Part shown: one piece after another, positions 46,792 through 57,037 of the stretch | How positions within the stretch are numbered: the first letter of the stretch is position 1 | How the letters are laid out: every line of letters begins with the position of its first letter | Source of the DNA: Dehalococcoidia bacterium | GTDB lineage: Bacteria > Chloroflexota > Dehalococcoidia > Lucifugimonadales > CATOSD01 | Reading direction: 5' to 3' | NCBI GenBank assembly: GCA_965262385.1 | Contig: CBDHFB010000016.1 | Location: 3,510,032 to 3,574,031, forward strand | Length of the DNA: 64,000 bases | Notes under the pieces: generated by a model | The model's database searches: none | The model's input: the letters and a program-made list of their open reading frames with translations, nothing else | Told to the model about the DNA's origin: nothing | Program-made: the position numbers and the translations under genes

Positions 46792-47340
46792 CAGCCCGTC
46801 CTCCTTCCGGCAAAACCCTCATGATTTCCCTTGGGCGACGCACGAGGTTTGGAAGATCACTCTTCGCACACACGCCACGTCGCCGGCTTGCGCCAGAGCG
46901 ACAGGAGAACCGCGCCGAAGAGGCGAATGGCGGGGCGGCCGTGGGCTGCTGAGCGTAGCTCTTTCCGTCGCCAGGCTATCACCCGCAGTCTGAGACCGCG
47001 CGGTACACCGGCGCTGTCGTGAGGCTTCTCGAGCCGCCCGGTCCATTTCCCAGCCTCGCACCGGCTCCCTTCCAGCATAGCACACCATAATTTGAGGAAC
47101 CTCTACAACGGCATGTCGTGCGCCGGCCAGACAGCCGGCTGACCACCGTAGGGAGCTCCGCCGGAACGGCGACAGCTGCGCCTGCCGGTGCGTTGGCGTC
47201 AAAGACACACCGGCAACTGACGACCTGGGTGCCCCGGCTGCCGGTGCCACGGAACTCCAACCCAAAGCCGCATGATCTTCACGACGGCGCAGCCGTCCAA
47301 AGTGCGCTATTAGCTAAACCGAGGCGCAAATCACCCGCCC

Positions 47341-48658
47341 CTAGCAGCCCGTCTGAGAATTGACTGACGGGCCTTTGGTACAGGCGAGGTCAGACGGCGA
47401 CAATTGTTGCAGCGTGCGACCACTGACGGACCAATAGTTTCGTACGCCTCACTGTGCCGACCACCTCGACGATGTTCGGGACACTTGCGGCAAACCTGTT
47501 GGTCGGTGTTTCGCGAGGCTGAGCCGCCCCAAAGCGGAACAGCTTGAGCAGGTTGCGACCGGTGCAGATCAGCGACCACTCGCCACTGACCTTCTCCAGG
47601 CCCCGTAGCAGGAACTGGCGGAAGCACCGGCCCTGCTTGATCTGGCCGAATACCGGCTCAACCGTTTGCGTCCGCAGAGCGTAGCGTTGCCGGCCCCGTT
47701 TGGTCTGCAGCTTCCGGCGCATCCGGTCCCTGGGCGACAGATTGCTGGGTATGCGACCCCGGGGCGCTGGCGGCACAACCCGACCGTGGCGGGTCTGCTC
47801 CGGCGCGACGAACGGGTCCACGCACAGAGCATAAAGCTCGTCGTCTGCCTTTGCCGAGTAATAGCCAGCATCGGCGGATACCTCTTTGGGCACTGCGCCG
47901 ACGTTGCCGATGGCCTTCTCCACCATCGCCACCGCCTCCCGTATCTTCTCCAACCGCCCCTCCCGAAAGGACAACTCCTGCGGCAGTTCATCCCCGCGCT
48001 TGCTCTGTCCGTACCGCCGGTCCTCTTCGTCATCAACCTCCTGGGCCTGTCGCAGCAACTCCTCGACCTCCCCCGCCAACTGCGCTTCCTTCTCTTTCAT
48101 CCGACCGTAACTCATCGCCTTGTGCCTGGATGCGTTGGCCCTCACCTTAGCCCCGTCCAGCGCCACGTGACCCAGCTTCACCAGTCCCGCCCGCCGGCAC
48201 AACGCCAATACCTGCAGGAACAGGCCCGACAGCGCTTCCAGATTGTCCTTGCGGAAGTCCGAGATGGTGCGGAAATCCGGCGTGTTGTTCGCCGACAGTA
48301 CCCGGAAGGCTATGTCCTCGTGCAGCCGCTGGGCGATTCGTCGGGAGGACGCCACTCCCACGCAGTAGCCGTACAGCAGCACCTTGACCATCATCCGTGG
48401 ATGATACGGTGGCCCGCCTCTGCTCTCCCGCTCGTAGCGGGCAGTGATCTCAAACAGCTCCAACTGGTCGACGACGTCGGAGATGAAGTAAGCCAGATGG
48501 TCGTCCGGCAGCCAGTCCCGCAATGCCGCTGGCAACAGCAACTGCCGGTCTGGATCATAGGGAAGGTAGGTCTTGCTCACCGCCGACTCAACGCTACTGA
48601 ACTGCGCCCGTTATACCCCCGACCACTCGCCTACCGTGTTTCTCGGACGGGCTGCTAG
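47341..48658 (-). mobile_element. Second, unrelated IS1182/IS5-superfamily element (1318 bp) inserted into istB
   Basis: Inverted repeats ctagcagcccgtctgagaa (47341-47359) and ttctcggacgggctgctag (48640-48658), matching 18/19. Confidence 0.75.
47390..48580 (-). CDS. IS1182/IS5-superfamily transposase (396 aa)
   Basis: DUF772-type N-terminus (LLLPAALRDWLPDDHLAYFI...GGPPYHPRMMVKVLLYGY), ALDGAKVRANAS, SADAGYYS, and EPVFGQIKQGRCFRQFLLRGLEKV. Confidence 0.85.
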   Translation of the reverse strand: MSKTYLPYDPDRQLLLPAALRDWLPDDHLAYFISDVVDQLELFEITARYERESRGGPPYHPRMMVKVLLYGYCVGVASSRRIAQRLHEDIAFRVLSANNTPDFRTISDFRKDNLEALSGLFLQVLALCRRAGLVKLGHVALDGAKVRANASRHKAMSYGRMKEKEAQLAGEVEELLRQAQEVDDEEDRRYGQSKRGDELPQELSFREGRLEKIREAVAMVEKAIGNVGAVPKEVSADAGYYSAKADDELYALCVDPFVAPEQTRHGRVVPPAPRGRIPSNLSPRDRMRRKLQTKRGRQRYALRTQTVEPVFGQIKQGRCFRQFLLRGLEKVSGEWSLICTGRNLLKLFRFGAAQPRETPTNRFAASVPNIVEVVGTVRRTKLLVRQWSHAATIVAV

Positions 48659-48849
48659 ACCCCACCGACCTCGCTCCCACTAAGGGCTCCTGCTGACACC
48701 CGCCGCTGGGTGACATTCATGCTGAACACCGACGCCCAGGTGGTACACTGTTGCTCCGCCCCGTGGCCTAACATCCCTCCGCCCTTGACAGTCGGCAGCT
48801 TCAGCTCCTTCAGGTGGTGCTCCAGCAGCACCGTAGACCTGTCGCTCAC
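48659..48849 (-). pseudogene. istB: istB, N-terminal ~60 codons only
   Basis: VSDRSTVLLEHHLKELKLPT... is a typical IstB start. Cut by the IS at 47341-48658. Confidence 0.55.
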
Positions 48850-50344
48850 CGCCCGCTCACCGACGTGAGCGCCATGTAGTCGCCGGCCGAGGTCTTCTGC
48901 ACGCTGACCCTGGGCAGGTAGGGGTACAGCTGCAGGTCGAGTCTCTGGGGACGACCCTCTATCCTGCACAACACCAGGTGCTTGACGGCGTCGAAGCTTA
49001 TGGCCCCGAGCCTGAGGGCATCGCGCACGCCCTCGTACACCTCCTCATTGCGAAAGTTCTCCATCAGCCGCAGCACCTGTACGAACTCCCGCTTGCCGCG
49101 CCTGCCCATCCTCGACTCCAAAAGACGCCGCAGCACGCCGAACTCCTGGGGCAACTCCCACCCGGCCAGCGGAGCGGCCTGATCCAGTGCTCCGGTCTTG
49201 CGCTCCAGCAACGCCAGGTAGTGGATGGGGTCGAAGACGAAGTCGTCGCGTTCGTATGAGCGCCGATGCCAGGCTATCACCTCTGCCCCGCAGCTGATCA
49301 CCACCTCTCCTACATAGCCCCTCACCACAACCTCCATGTGACGTAGGCCACGGGCACCGAGTAGTCGTTGGTGCGGTACCGCACCAGGGACAGGGAGCTG
49401 ACACGGCTGACGTGCTTGTCGCTGGCGTCGTATGGTACGGCGGGAAGCGGCAGCGGGGTCTCCAGGTCACGCTCCATCCGCTGGCCTATCGTCTCGGTGT
49501 GTCCACGCAGCTGTCTTCCCATACGTTCCAGGCACCGCTCCTCGAGGTAGGCGTTGAGCGCGTCGAAGCTCGCAAACGACGGTATTGGCACAAGGAAGTT
49601 CCGGCGCGCATATCCCACCAGTCCCTTCACCTTGCCCTTGTCGTTACCCTTCCCTGGACGACCGAACCGGTCCTCGAACAGGTAGTGGGATACCAGCTCA
49701 GAGAACACACGAGTACGCTGGCGCCGGCCGTCTCCCAGGATCCTGGCCACCGCCAGTCTCGTGTTGTCGTACAGGATGCTCCGCGGCACGCCGCCCAGGA
49801 ACGACAACGCAGACACGTGGCCGTCGCAGAACGCCTCCGTGGTCTCTGCGGGGTAGGCCTTGACGAAGCACGCATCGCTGTGGGGAAGGTCCAGCACGAA
49901 GTAGTGGACGGTCTGCTCCACACCTGCGATGACCGCTCTGGCCTGGCCGAAGTCGCACTGGGCGTGACCGGGAGGATGAGACAGCGGAACGTACATCTCA
50001 CGCGTCCGGCGACGCCGCTCACGCACGTAGTCCTTGACTATGGTGTAGCCGCCGGGGAAGCCGTGCTCAGCTCTCAGACGCTCGTAGATCCGCTTCGCCG
50101 TGTGCCGCTGCTTCTTCGGAAGACTGCGGTCATCCTCCAGGATACGGTCGATCACCCCGCGGTACGGGTCCAGCTTGGGGCGGCGCAGCGGTGACTGTCG
50201 ACGGTATCCGGGAGGCACCGAGTACTGAAGCATCTGGCGCACCGTATCCCGGTGCAGGCCGAACACCCGGGCAGCCTCCCGTGTGCTCATCTCCTCCACC
50301 ATGCAGGCCCGGCGCACTCGAACGTACAGTTCCACTTTGTACAT
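48846..50344 (-). pseudogene. istA: istA (IS21 transposase) with a frameshift near 49325-49340
   Basis: A 340-aa ORF (HTH plus DDE core, ...NDYSVPVAY) and a 163-aa ORF (MEVVVRGYVGEVVISCG...) are consecutive parts of one IstA in different frames. Confidence 0.75.
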
Positions 50345-51200
50345 CCTTCACACCTTCCATCGAGTTGCCTCCAACTCTATAGAAGGCGGCGGGTGGTACA
50401 GTTTTCAAGCGCTACTCCTCAGCGCTCGACCCCGCCTCTCCGGTCCATTATTACTCCGCCCTTTACAGATACCGGCTCGACATCCACCAGCTTCCAGCCG
50501 TCGGCGACCAGCAGGTCGTAAGCATCCCAGGCTTGGGCGAACACTGCCATGCGCCGGTCACGATACTCCCAGGCAGCAGCAACCTAGCCACATAGATTCT
50601 TCCGCAGCCCCAGAATGAGGACCCGCAGCAGCAAAGCTAAGTTCCGCTCCATCGGCGACTGATCCCGCCGTCTAACTCGCCTCAGGGAGAGGTCCCTAGC
50701 TCGAGCCGAGCATCGCCCGTCCCACGAGGCTCGAACCGGCCATCAGGGTCGTGATGCTGAAAGGGGAGACGACGAGTGCTCCTCAGGGACGTTAGCACCG
50801 CGCAAGAATGGTGTCGTTCGACTACGTGCTGGCTTGAATTCCACCGCCCACGAGTACCTGAGTATTTCGTATCCTTTGTGAACTGCGAATGTTGGCTCAC
50901 AGTCCGTCGAGCCACATCTCGAAGACGGTTCTGGCTACCGTACACGTTGGTGGAGACGGCCGGACAGGAAACATTTTGCGGAAGAAATGATCAACACCTT
51001 GGAGCAGCGGAAGTGGTCATGGCTGCAGGAAGACAGGCGGCCGATGTTGCTCGGTGTGTCGTGGTGTTGGAGCAGGTTTTCCTGAGCAAGCGCGTTTGGT
51101 ACGGCGGTGTCCTCCCCAGCGTGGCCCGGTTTCCGGCCCTACCTCTCACCCAGAACCAGTGTCTGAAGAGATCGAACCCGCCACAGACTCACCTTGATGG

Positions 51201-54200
51201 TCACTTCCGTAGGAATTTGGTCACGTAGTCAACGTCGACTACGGGCATTCCCATACCGAGTTCCGACAATGCTTCGGAGAACCGGGTGATGTCGTAGACA
51301 CTGGTATCGGATAGGTACGGCTCGACTGACTCCAGGGACCGGACCAGAACTTTCAACTCCATGTCCTCGTCCCGGTCGGCCATTGTTCCCAATCTTGATT
51401 TCCAGTCCCCTAATTGAGCGCGGTCCGCCACGTATCCGTGGTGCTCCATATAAGAAAAAACTTGATCGGCGGGTACGGGGGCCTGTTGGACCACGTTGTA
51501 TACCCTGCCCAGGTGCCTGGGATCGTCGGAAAGTTTCGTTATCGCCTTGACCAGAAAATCGACCGGCGTCATCTCGAAGAACCAATCCGGCGCCAAGGGG
51601 GCACATCCGAGGCGGGCGCAAGCCTTGATAGTCAACGAGAGAAAGTCATTCGGGTTGACCGTGCCCGTACCGCTGTGGTGGCCAATGTTGCCGGGACGGA
51701 AGATGCATACTGGCAGTCCTCGTGACTCAGCCTGCCAGAAGAGCCGTTCCGCAACCCATTTGGCTTGATTGTAGCCCCCCTCCATCCTGTCAACGAAGCT
51801 GTCTATGTCGCTGTTTTCAAGGTAGGGGTTGTCGTCTCCTCCCGGGAAGACGCCGTTGGATGAAATGTACTGGACCGGCTTGGTTACGTCGGTGCAGGCG
51901 AACTTGAGCACCTCCAAAGTCCCGCCGACAGTGTGGGGCTTGGCTGCGGAATAAGGGTAAGCGTAATTGACGGAGGCGGCGCAATGGAAAATCAGGTCGA
52001 TCTCTTTTGCCAGCCGCCGGTACTCCTCATCGTCCAGACCCATCCGGGGCCGGGTGAGGTCTCCATAAACCGGAGCGATCCGTTGTTCGGGTGACTGGTC
52101 GGCCAGCCCGTAAAATCTCAGAGTGTCTAGGACGCGGTTGGTGGACCTGTCTTGTCCTGAATCCCGGTCCCTTACCAGGCAGTAGAACCGGGTATCGGTT
52201 CCCGCAGCGCGCAGCAGCTCGTCCAGCAGAAAGGCTCCCAGGAATCCGGTAGTTCCCGTCACGAGGACTGAGGACGCCTCGCTGAGACGCGTAATTCTCG
52301 GGGCGCCTCCTGGTGAAATATCCGGGTCCAGGATCGAGTCCTCGGCCAGCGGAATTCTGGATTCCATATTCGGCCCTCTTTCTTCCAAGTACGCTCCCAA
52401 CTCACTTATGGTGGGGTACTCGTAGATCTCTGTGCCCCGCAGCTCGATCCCGAAAAGCCGTTCGATGCCCAGGGTGAGTCCCAGGCCCGCCAGGGAATGG
52501 CCGCCGAGGTCAAAGAAGTTCCAGTCATCTTCCAGTGATTCAGTGTCGACATCCAGCGCTTCGCTCCATAGCTCCCGCAAGACCCTGTGACGCTCGGCTG
52601 CGGTTGCGTGCTTGGAAAGCCTACCGCGCCGCTTGACGGCGGGGCTCGTGTTCCGCAGTGCGGGCAACGCTTTGCGCTCCAGTTTGCCCGTCTGTTGATT
52701 TAATGGGAGCGTCTCCAGTTCCATGAAGTGGCTGGGCACCATGTAAAGCGGCAGATGCCGTTCCAGCAGGGCACGCAGGTCTCTGCTCGTCCGGCTCTTC
52801 GCATCGACCTTCCACGCCGCCTGCGGCCCCCGGACGACGTAAGCGACGAGTCGCTTGTTAGCTTCGTCCTCGTTCTCGGCCAACACCGCCGCATCCGCCG
52901 CGTCACAGTGCTGGCGGATGGTCTCCTCGATGGCGCTCAGGTAAACGGTGTAGCCCCTGATCTTGACCATCGAATCGTTACGGCCGATGATCGTTGTCAG
53001 ACCCCGCGCATCAACCTCGGCCAAGTCTCCGGTGGCATAATACCTCTCGCCGTTCCATCTGACAAACCTCTCGGAATCCAGGCCGGGCCTGTTCAGATAG
53101 CCCCGGGCCAGCCCGCGACCGCCAATGAAGAGCTCCCCGACTCCGCTGGAAGCCAGGTCCGACTGCCCTTCCGGGAGCACCCGGAGTGTCACGCCGTCCA
53201 TAGCGTAACCGACCGGGCACGCATCCCTGGTGTCGAGGCACAAGTCCGTCAGTTCAATGGTGCAAACGTCGTGGGTCTCACTGATGCTGTAGGTGTTGAA
53301 CACGCGCGTAGACCGGGGTAGAACGTCCAGGGCCATCTTCAGCAGGCTGGTTGGTACCACCTCGCCGTTGAGCCAGACCACTCGCAGTGAGGACAGGCGG
53401 GCGCGCAATCGTTCTGGGCTTGCCGAGCTCAAAATCCCCTGTAGCAACGACGGAGTGAATAGGACCTCGGTTATCCGGTGCTCTGCTATAAACTTGGTTA
53501 GGGCGCGCGGTGCGAACACCACATCATCAGGAATCACGTAAACGGTTCCTCCCTTCAAAAGCGGCCGGAGGAACTCCCAGGGAAAGAAGACATTGCAGGC
53601 GACCCTGTCCCCGACACCGTAGGAGCTGAACTTGTACCTGGCCAAGTAGGATGAGATCAGGGAGCCGCTGGTCTGCATCACTCCCTTGGGCTGTCCTGTT
53701 GTGCCGGAGGTGTATGGGAGGAACGCCAGGTCGCCGGTGTCAACACAGACTTCACCGTTCTCGGAAGGGACCGCCCTCCAGGACTGGTCGGAGTCAACGG
53801 CCAATAGACGAGGCCCAGCGAATTTACTCAGTCTCGGTAAGTGCCGCGCCTTGGTGATCACCACCTTGGGTTGGGACTCGGACACCAGCGTACCAAGCAG
53901 AGAATCGGGGAGATCCAGGGGCACGGGCATGAAGGCCGCACCGGCCTTCAATGTTCCAATGCTCGCGGTGATGTACTCCGGGCAGGTCTCCATGCATATG
54001 CCTACCGGATCATCGGTTGACACGCCGCAACGTCGAAGGTAGGCCCCCAAGGCATCCGTCGCCTGGTCCAGTTGTGCATAGGATGTCTGCTCGGCGCCGA
54101 AGACTATCGCCGGAGTGTCTGGAGTCTCCGTCGCTTGAGCCTTGAAAAGCTGATGCAAACCACTCTCAGAGGGATTCAATTCGCCATCACAAGCATCCCC

Positions 54201-54212
54201 AAACGTATTCAA
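51201..54212 (-). CDS. NRPS-like adenylation - thiolation - thioester reductase (A-T-R) enzyme, 1003 aa, TTG start
   Basis: A-domain motifs: LPYTSGTTGQPKGV, NTYSISETHD, GELFIGGRGLARGYLNRP, YATGD, GRNDSMVKIRGY, TGKLERKAL. T domain FFDLGGHSLAG. R domain VLVTGTTGFLGAFLLDELL plus YNQAKW. No ATG lies near the 5' end. A stop lies 6 codons upstream of the TTG. Confidence 0.85.
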   Translation of the reverse strand: MNTFGDACDGELNPSESGLHQLFKAQATETPDTPAIVFGAEQTSYAQLDQATDALGAYLRRCGVSTDDPVGICMETCPEYITASIGTLKAGAAFMPVPLDLPDSLLGTLVSESQPKVVITKARHLPRLSKFAGPRLLAVDSDQSWRAVPSENGEVCVDTGDLAFLPYTSGTTGQPKGVMQTSGSLISSYLARYKFSSYGVGDRVACNVFFPWEFLRPLLKGGTVYVIPDDVVFAPRALTKFIAEHRITEVLFTPSLLQGILSSASPERLRARLSSLRVVWLNGEVVPTSLLKMALDVLPRSTRVFNTYSISETHDVCTIELTDLCLDTRDACPVGYAMDGVTLRVLPEGQSDLASSGVGELFIGGRGLARGYLNRPGLDSERFVRWNGERYYATGDLAEVDARGLTTIIGRNDSMVKIRGYTVYLSAIEETIRQHCDAADAAVLAENEDEANKRLVAYVVRGPQAAWKVDAKSRTSRDLRALLERHLPLYMVPSHFMELETLPLNQQTGKLERKALPALRNTSPAVKRRGRLSKHATAAERHRVLRELWSEALDVDTESLEDDWNFFDLGGHSLAGLGLTLGIERLFGIELRGTEIYEYPTISELGAYLEERGPNMESRIPLAEDSILDPDISPGGAPRITRLSEASSVLVTGTTGFLGAFLLDELLRAAGTDTRFYCLVRDRDSGQDRSTNRVLDTLRFYGLADQSPEQRIAPVYGDLTRPRMGLDDEEYRRLAKEIDLIFHCAASVNYAYPYSAAKPHTVGGTLEVLKFACTDVTKPVQYISSNGVFPGGDDNPYLENSDIDSFVDRMEGGYNQAKWVAERLFWQAESRGLPVCIFRPGNIGHHSGTGTVNPNDFLSLTIKACARLGCAPLAPDWFFEMTPVDFLVKAITKLSDDPRHLGRVYNVVQQAPVPADQVFSYMEHHGYVADRAQLGDWKSRLGTMADRDEDMELKVLVRSLESVEPYLSDTSVYDITRFSEALSELGMGMPVVDVDYVTKFLRK

Positions 54213-54278
54213 GCAAAACGGGCGTCTGTTCTAGATTACTAAAGGATAATTACCCAGTTTACAAAATATAGAACCTAA

Positions 54279-55504
54279 GGCAACTCTGAACAAGTCCTTG
54301 GCGGGCTTGCGATTAAGTTAGTGGCATAATGGTGGTGACCAAGCCAATTGTAGGGGGATGATGCCATGGCCGACCAGCCCACCTTCGCCGACCTCGATTA
54401 CGAGCACAAGCGCCACAAGACCCGCAGGGAGAGGTTTCTCGAGCAGTTTGACTCGCTTGTGCCGTGGGAGAGGCTGCAAGAGCGCATCAGGCCACACTAC
54501 CCCAAGGCCGGCAGAGGCCGCAGGCCGTATCCCCTGTCGGTGATGCTGCGGGTTCACGTGGTGCAGGTGACCCACAACTTGAGCGACCCGGCGATGGAAG
54601 ACCTTTTGTACGAGGCGGAATCGGTACGGCGGTTCGTGGGTCTGAAGCTGTCGGAAGCCATACCTGACGAGAGCACCATACTGCACTTTCGCCACTTGCT
54701 GGAGAGGCACGAGTTGGGACAGGGGCTGTTCGAGGAGATCAAAGGCTACCTGGCGGACCAAGGCGTGATGTTGAAGCGCGGAAGCATCGTAGACGCCACC
54801 ATCATAAGTGCGCCGTCGTCAACCAGGAACAAGGCTAAACAGCGCGACCCCGAGATGCACCAGGTGAAGAAAGGGCAGCAGTACTACTTCGGCATGAAGC
54901 TGCACATAGGAGTGGACGCGGAGAGCGGGCTTGTGCACAGCATGGCGACGACATCTGCGAACGTGCACGACGTGACCCAGGCTCACAGGTTGCTACACGG
55001 GGAGGAGCGGGCGGTATGGGGGGATTCCGGGTACACAGGGGTGCACAAGCGGGAGGATATCCGGGGTTCGTCGGCTGGGTGGTACGTGGCGATGAAGGCG
55101 GGGCAGCGGCGGAAGTTGGAGCATGGCAGTGCTGGGGCGATAGCTGAGAAGGTGAAGTCATCGATAAGGGCTAAGGTGGAGCACCCGTTCTGGGGCGCCA
55201 AAGGCGCCTTCGGCTACGCCAAAGTGAGGTATCGGGGCTTGGCTAAGAACACCGAACGGCTTGCGGTGCTCATGGGGTTGTACAATCTGAAGCGAGCACA
55301 GGGGTTGGTGGCCGGCTGAGCCGGGCGCCTAGGGCGAAGTGCGCCCATAATCAGTCTCGGCCCCGAGTTCATGGGCCGCAGGTGGCGAAACAGCCCCAAA
55401 ATCACCTCGAGCAGGCCCCCAATGACGGAAAAACCGTCTGGAACGCCCTCCCAGGACCCCACACAACAACAGTCGCTCACAACAGAGGCTTGTTCAGACT
55501 TGCC
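54279..55504 (+). mobile_element. IS5-group insertion sequence (1226 bp) with a CTAA target duplication
   Basis: IRs ggcaactctgaacaag (54279-) and cttgttcagacttgcc (-55504). CTAA at 54275-54278 and 55505-55508. Confidence 0.85.
54366..55319 (+). CDS. IS5 family transposase (317 aa)
   Basis: PYPLSVMLRVHVVQVTHNLSDPAMEDLLYE, GSIVDATIISAPSS, YFGMKLHIGVD, WGDSGYTG, and KVEHPF...VRYRGLAKN. Confidence 0.9.
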   Translation: MADQPTFADLDYEHKRHKTRRERFLEQFDSLVPWERLQERIRPHYPKAGRGRRPYPLSVMLRVHVVQVTHNLSDPAMEDLLYEAESVRRFVGLKLSEAIPDESTILHFRHLLERHELGQGLFEEIKGYLADQGVMLKRGSIVDATIISAPSSTRNKAKQRDPEMHQVKKGQQYYFGMKLHIGVDAESGLVHSMATTSANVHDVTQAHRLLHGEERAVWGDSGYTGVHKREDIRGSSAGWYVAMKAGQRRKLEHGSAGAIAEKVKSSIRAKVEHPFWGAKGAFGYAKVRYRGLAKNTERLAVLMGLYNLKRAQGLVAG

Positions 55505-55579
55505 CTAAAGTAAATTATGACTCAATATCGATAGTGACTTTCCGTCGCAACGCAATCCGGCGTCTTCAAGGGTGTCCAC

Positions 55580-56269
55580 ATGCGAATCGACTCACTGGAC
55601 TTTTACCGGGAACACGCCCGGAGATATTCCCAGCTATCCCACGAGTTCACCCACTCGGTGTATACCGGTTCCTCTCACCCGGCGCTGAGAGGGGACCTAG
55701 ACCTGCTCAATCGAGTTGTCGAGCTGGCGCGGGGGAGTCGCGGGCTGGACGCAGGGTGCGGGGCGGGAGCCCGGGACGTTCATCTGTTGTATACGTGGGG
55801 GTACGACATCTACGGAATTGACGCGGTGGACGAAAACATCAGCTTGGGCAGAGAGTTGCACCCGGAAATAGCGGACAAGCTCAACGTCGCCGATCTGCGA
55901 GAGCCCCTGCCGTTTGAGTCAGGCTGCTTCGATTTCATCCTATGCAACGCCGTCATACAGCATCTGGCGCCCCAGGTCGCTGAAACCACGACGATCCCGG
56001 AGTTGGCGAGAGTCCTGGCCCCCGGAGGTGTCCTGCAGCTCATGTTCAAGACCGGTTCAGGGGTAGCCACCGTAAGTGACCGGGCCTATGGAGCGGACGG
56101 CCTGGCCAGGTCGTTTCAACTTTACGACGAGCACCGTTTGCTGAGCATCCTCGAGGACTGCGGGTGCTTTCTGGTGAGACCGGAGGGGAGCAAGGACTTG
56201 GGCGGAGTGCTGTATTTCAGCGACCCGAAGCCGATGCGCTACTGCGCCTTCTGGGTGAGGAAGGCTTAG
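55580..56269 (+). CDS. Class I SAM-dependent methyltransferase (229 aa)
   Basis: Motif I LDAGCGAGARD, acidic loop YGIDAV, FDFILCNAVIQHL, and LAPGGVLQLMF. Confidence 0.8.
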   Translation: MRIDSLDFYREHARRYSQLSHEFTHSVYTGSSHPALRGDLDLLNRVVELARGSRGLDAGCGAGARDVHLLYTWGYDIYGIDAVDENISLGRELHPEIADKLNVADLREPLPFESGCFDFILCNAVIQHLAPQVAETTTIPELARVLAPGGVLQLMFKTGSGVATVSDRAYGADGLARSFQLYDEHRLLSILEDCGCFLVRPEGSKDLGGVLYFSDPKPMRYCAFWVRKA

Positions 56270-56279
56270 CCCTACCCGT

Positions 56280-56598
56280 TCACAAGGACAACGGGCGAAC
56301 ATCCAGGGTAGCCGCCGTCTCTTGGATCGCGGCTGCGGACAAGCCCGCGATACCGGCTACTTCGCACTTGAGCCCGGCGTAGCCCGTGGCGAACCGTGCG
56401 CTGCTTTCCAGCGGCCATCATGCCCGGAAACCGTAGATGATTCCGGCCGAAAAGGCGGCGCCGGCCCCGTAGCAGTCAACCACCTTTACCCGCGGCGCCT
56501 TGATGCAATAGGCCTGCCGCCCTTGGGCCATCAGGCAACCCTCTCCGCCGAGGGCCACCAGCACAGTTTCCGTTCCGAGATTGTGTTGTTGTTCAGCA
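56280..56598 (-). pseudogene. PfkB-family carbohydrate kinase, C-terminal fragment with a frameshift
   Basis: ...VLVALGGEGCLMAQGRQAYCIKAPRVKVVDCYGAGAAFSAGIIYGF, then (in another frame) ...LESSARFATGYAGLKCEVAGIAGL. No N-terminal half is present. Confidence 0.5.
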
Positions 56599-56669
56599 TA
56601 AGCGTCACAGGTAACTGTTCAGCAAGAATGTCACATCATCCATAACGTAACGTTGAACCAAAAGGAACA

Positions 56670-56881
56670 GGCAAGGCTTCAGCCAGCGATACGTGAGGGG
56701 CTCTGTGCTTGCGACCACCAACCTGCCGTTCGACGAGTGGACCGAGGTGTTCGGGTCCGAGAGGCTCACCGGGGCCTTGCTGGACAGGCTGACACACCAC
56801 GTGCACATTCTCGAGATGAACGGTGAGAGCTACAGACTGAAGCAGAGCAGACAGACCGCCACTACGCTGTCCTCTGACTGA
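56670..56881 (+). pseudogene. istB: istB C-terminal fragment; IS21 end sequence continues to ~56992
   Basis: ...QRYVRGSVLATTNLPFDEWTEVFGSERLTGALLDRLTHHVHILEMNGESYRLKQS. Terminus-like ggcgccgcccttgaca ends at 56992. Orientation is opposite to istA at 48846-50344. Confidence 0.7.
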
Positions 56882-57037
56882 CCTCCGACCTCAATCCCAC
56901 ACCAGTCAGGGCCGACATTTTCCCTGACTAATTGGACGCAGGTGGCACACTTTGGCACCGCCCCGGAGGTCCAAAATGGCGCCGCCCTTGACATAGGTGG
57001 ATGCCAGGGGTCCAGGCCACGCTTTCGATGTCTACTA

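Larger units (their letters stand above)
48659..50401 (-). mobile_element. IS21-family element, left ~1.7 kb (istA plus the start of istB); the rest lies inverted at ~56670-56992
   Basis: istA/istB gene order with a GTGA overlap. Putative terminus tgtaccacccgccgcc (rc of 50386-50401). Confidence 0.65.

Noticed and set aside
50440-50600. Short minus-strand ORF MAVFAQAWDAYDLLVADGWKLVDVEPVSVKGGVIMDRRGGVER next to the IS21 end
   Set aside because: It is only 43 codons, with no SD and no recognisable family. It could be a fragment of a disrupted gene.
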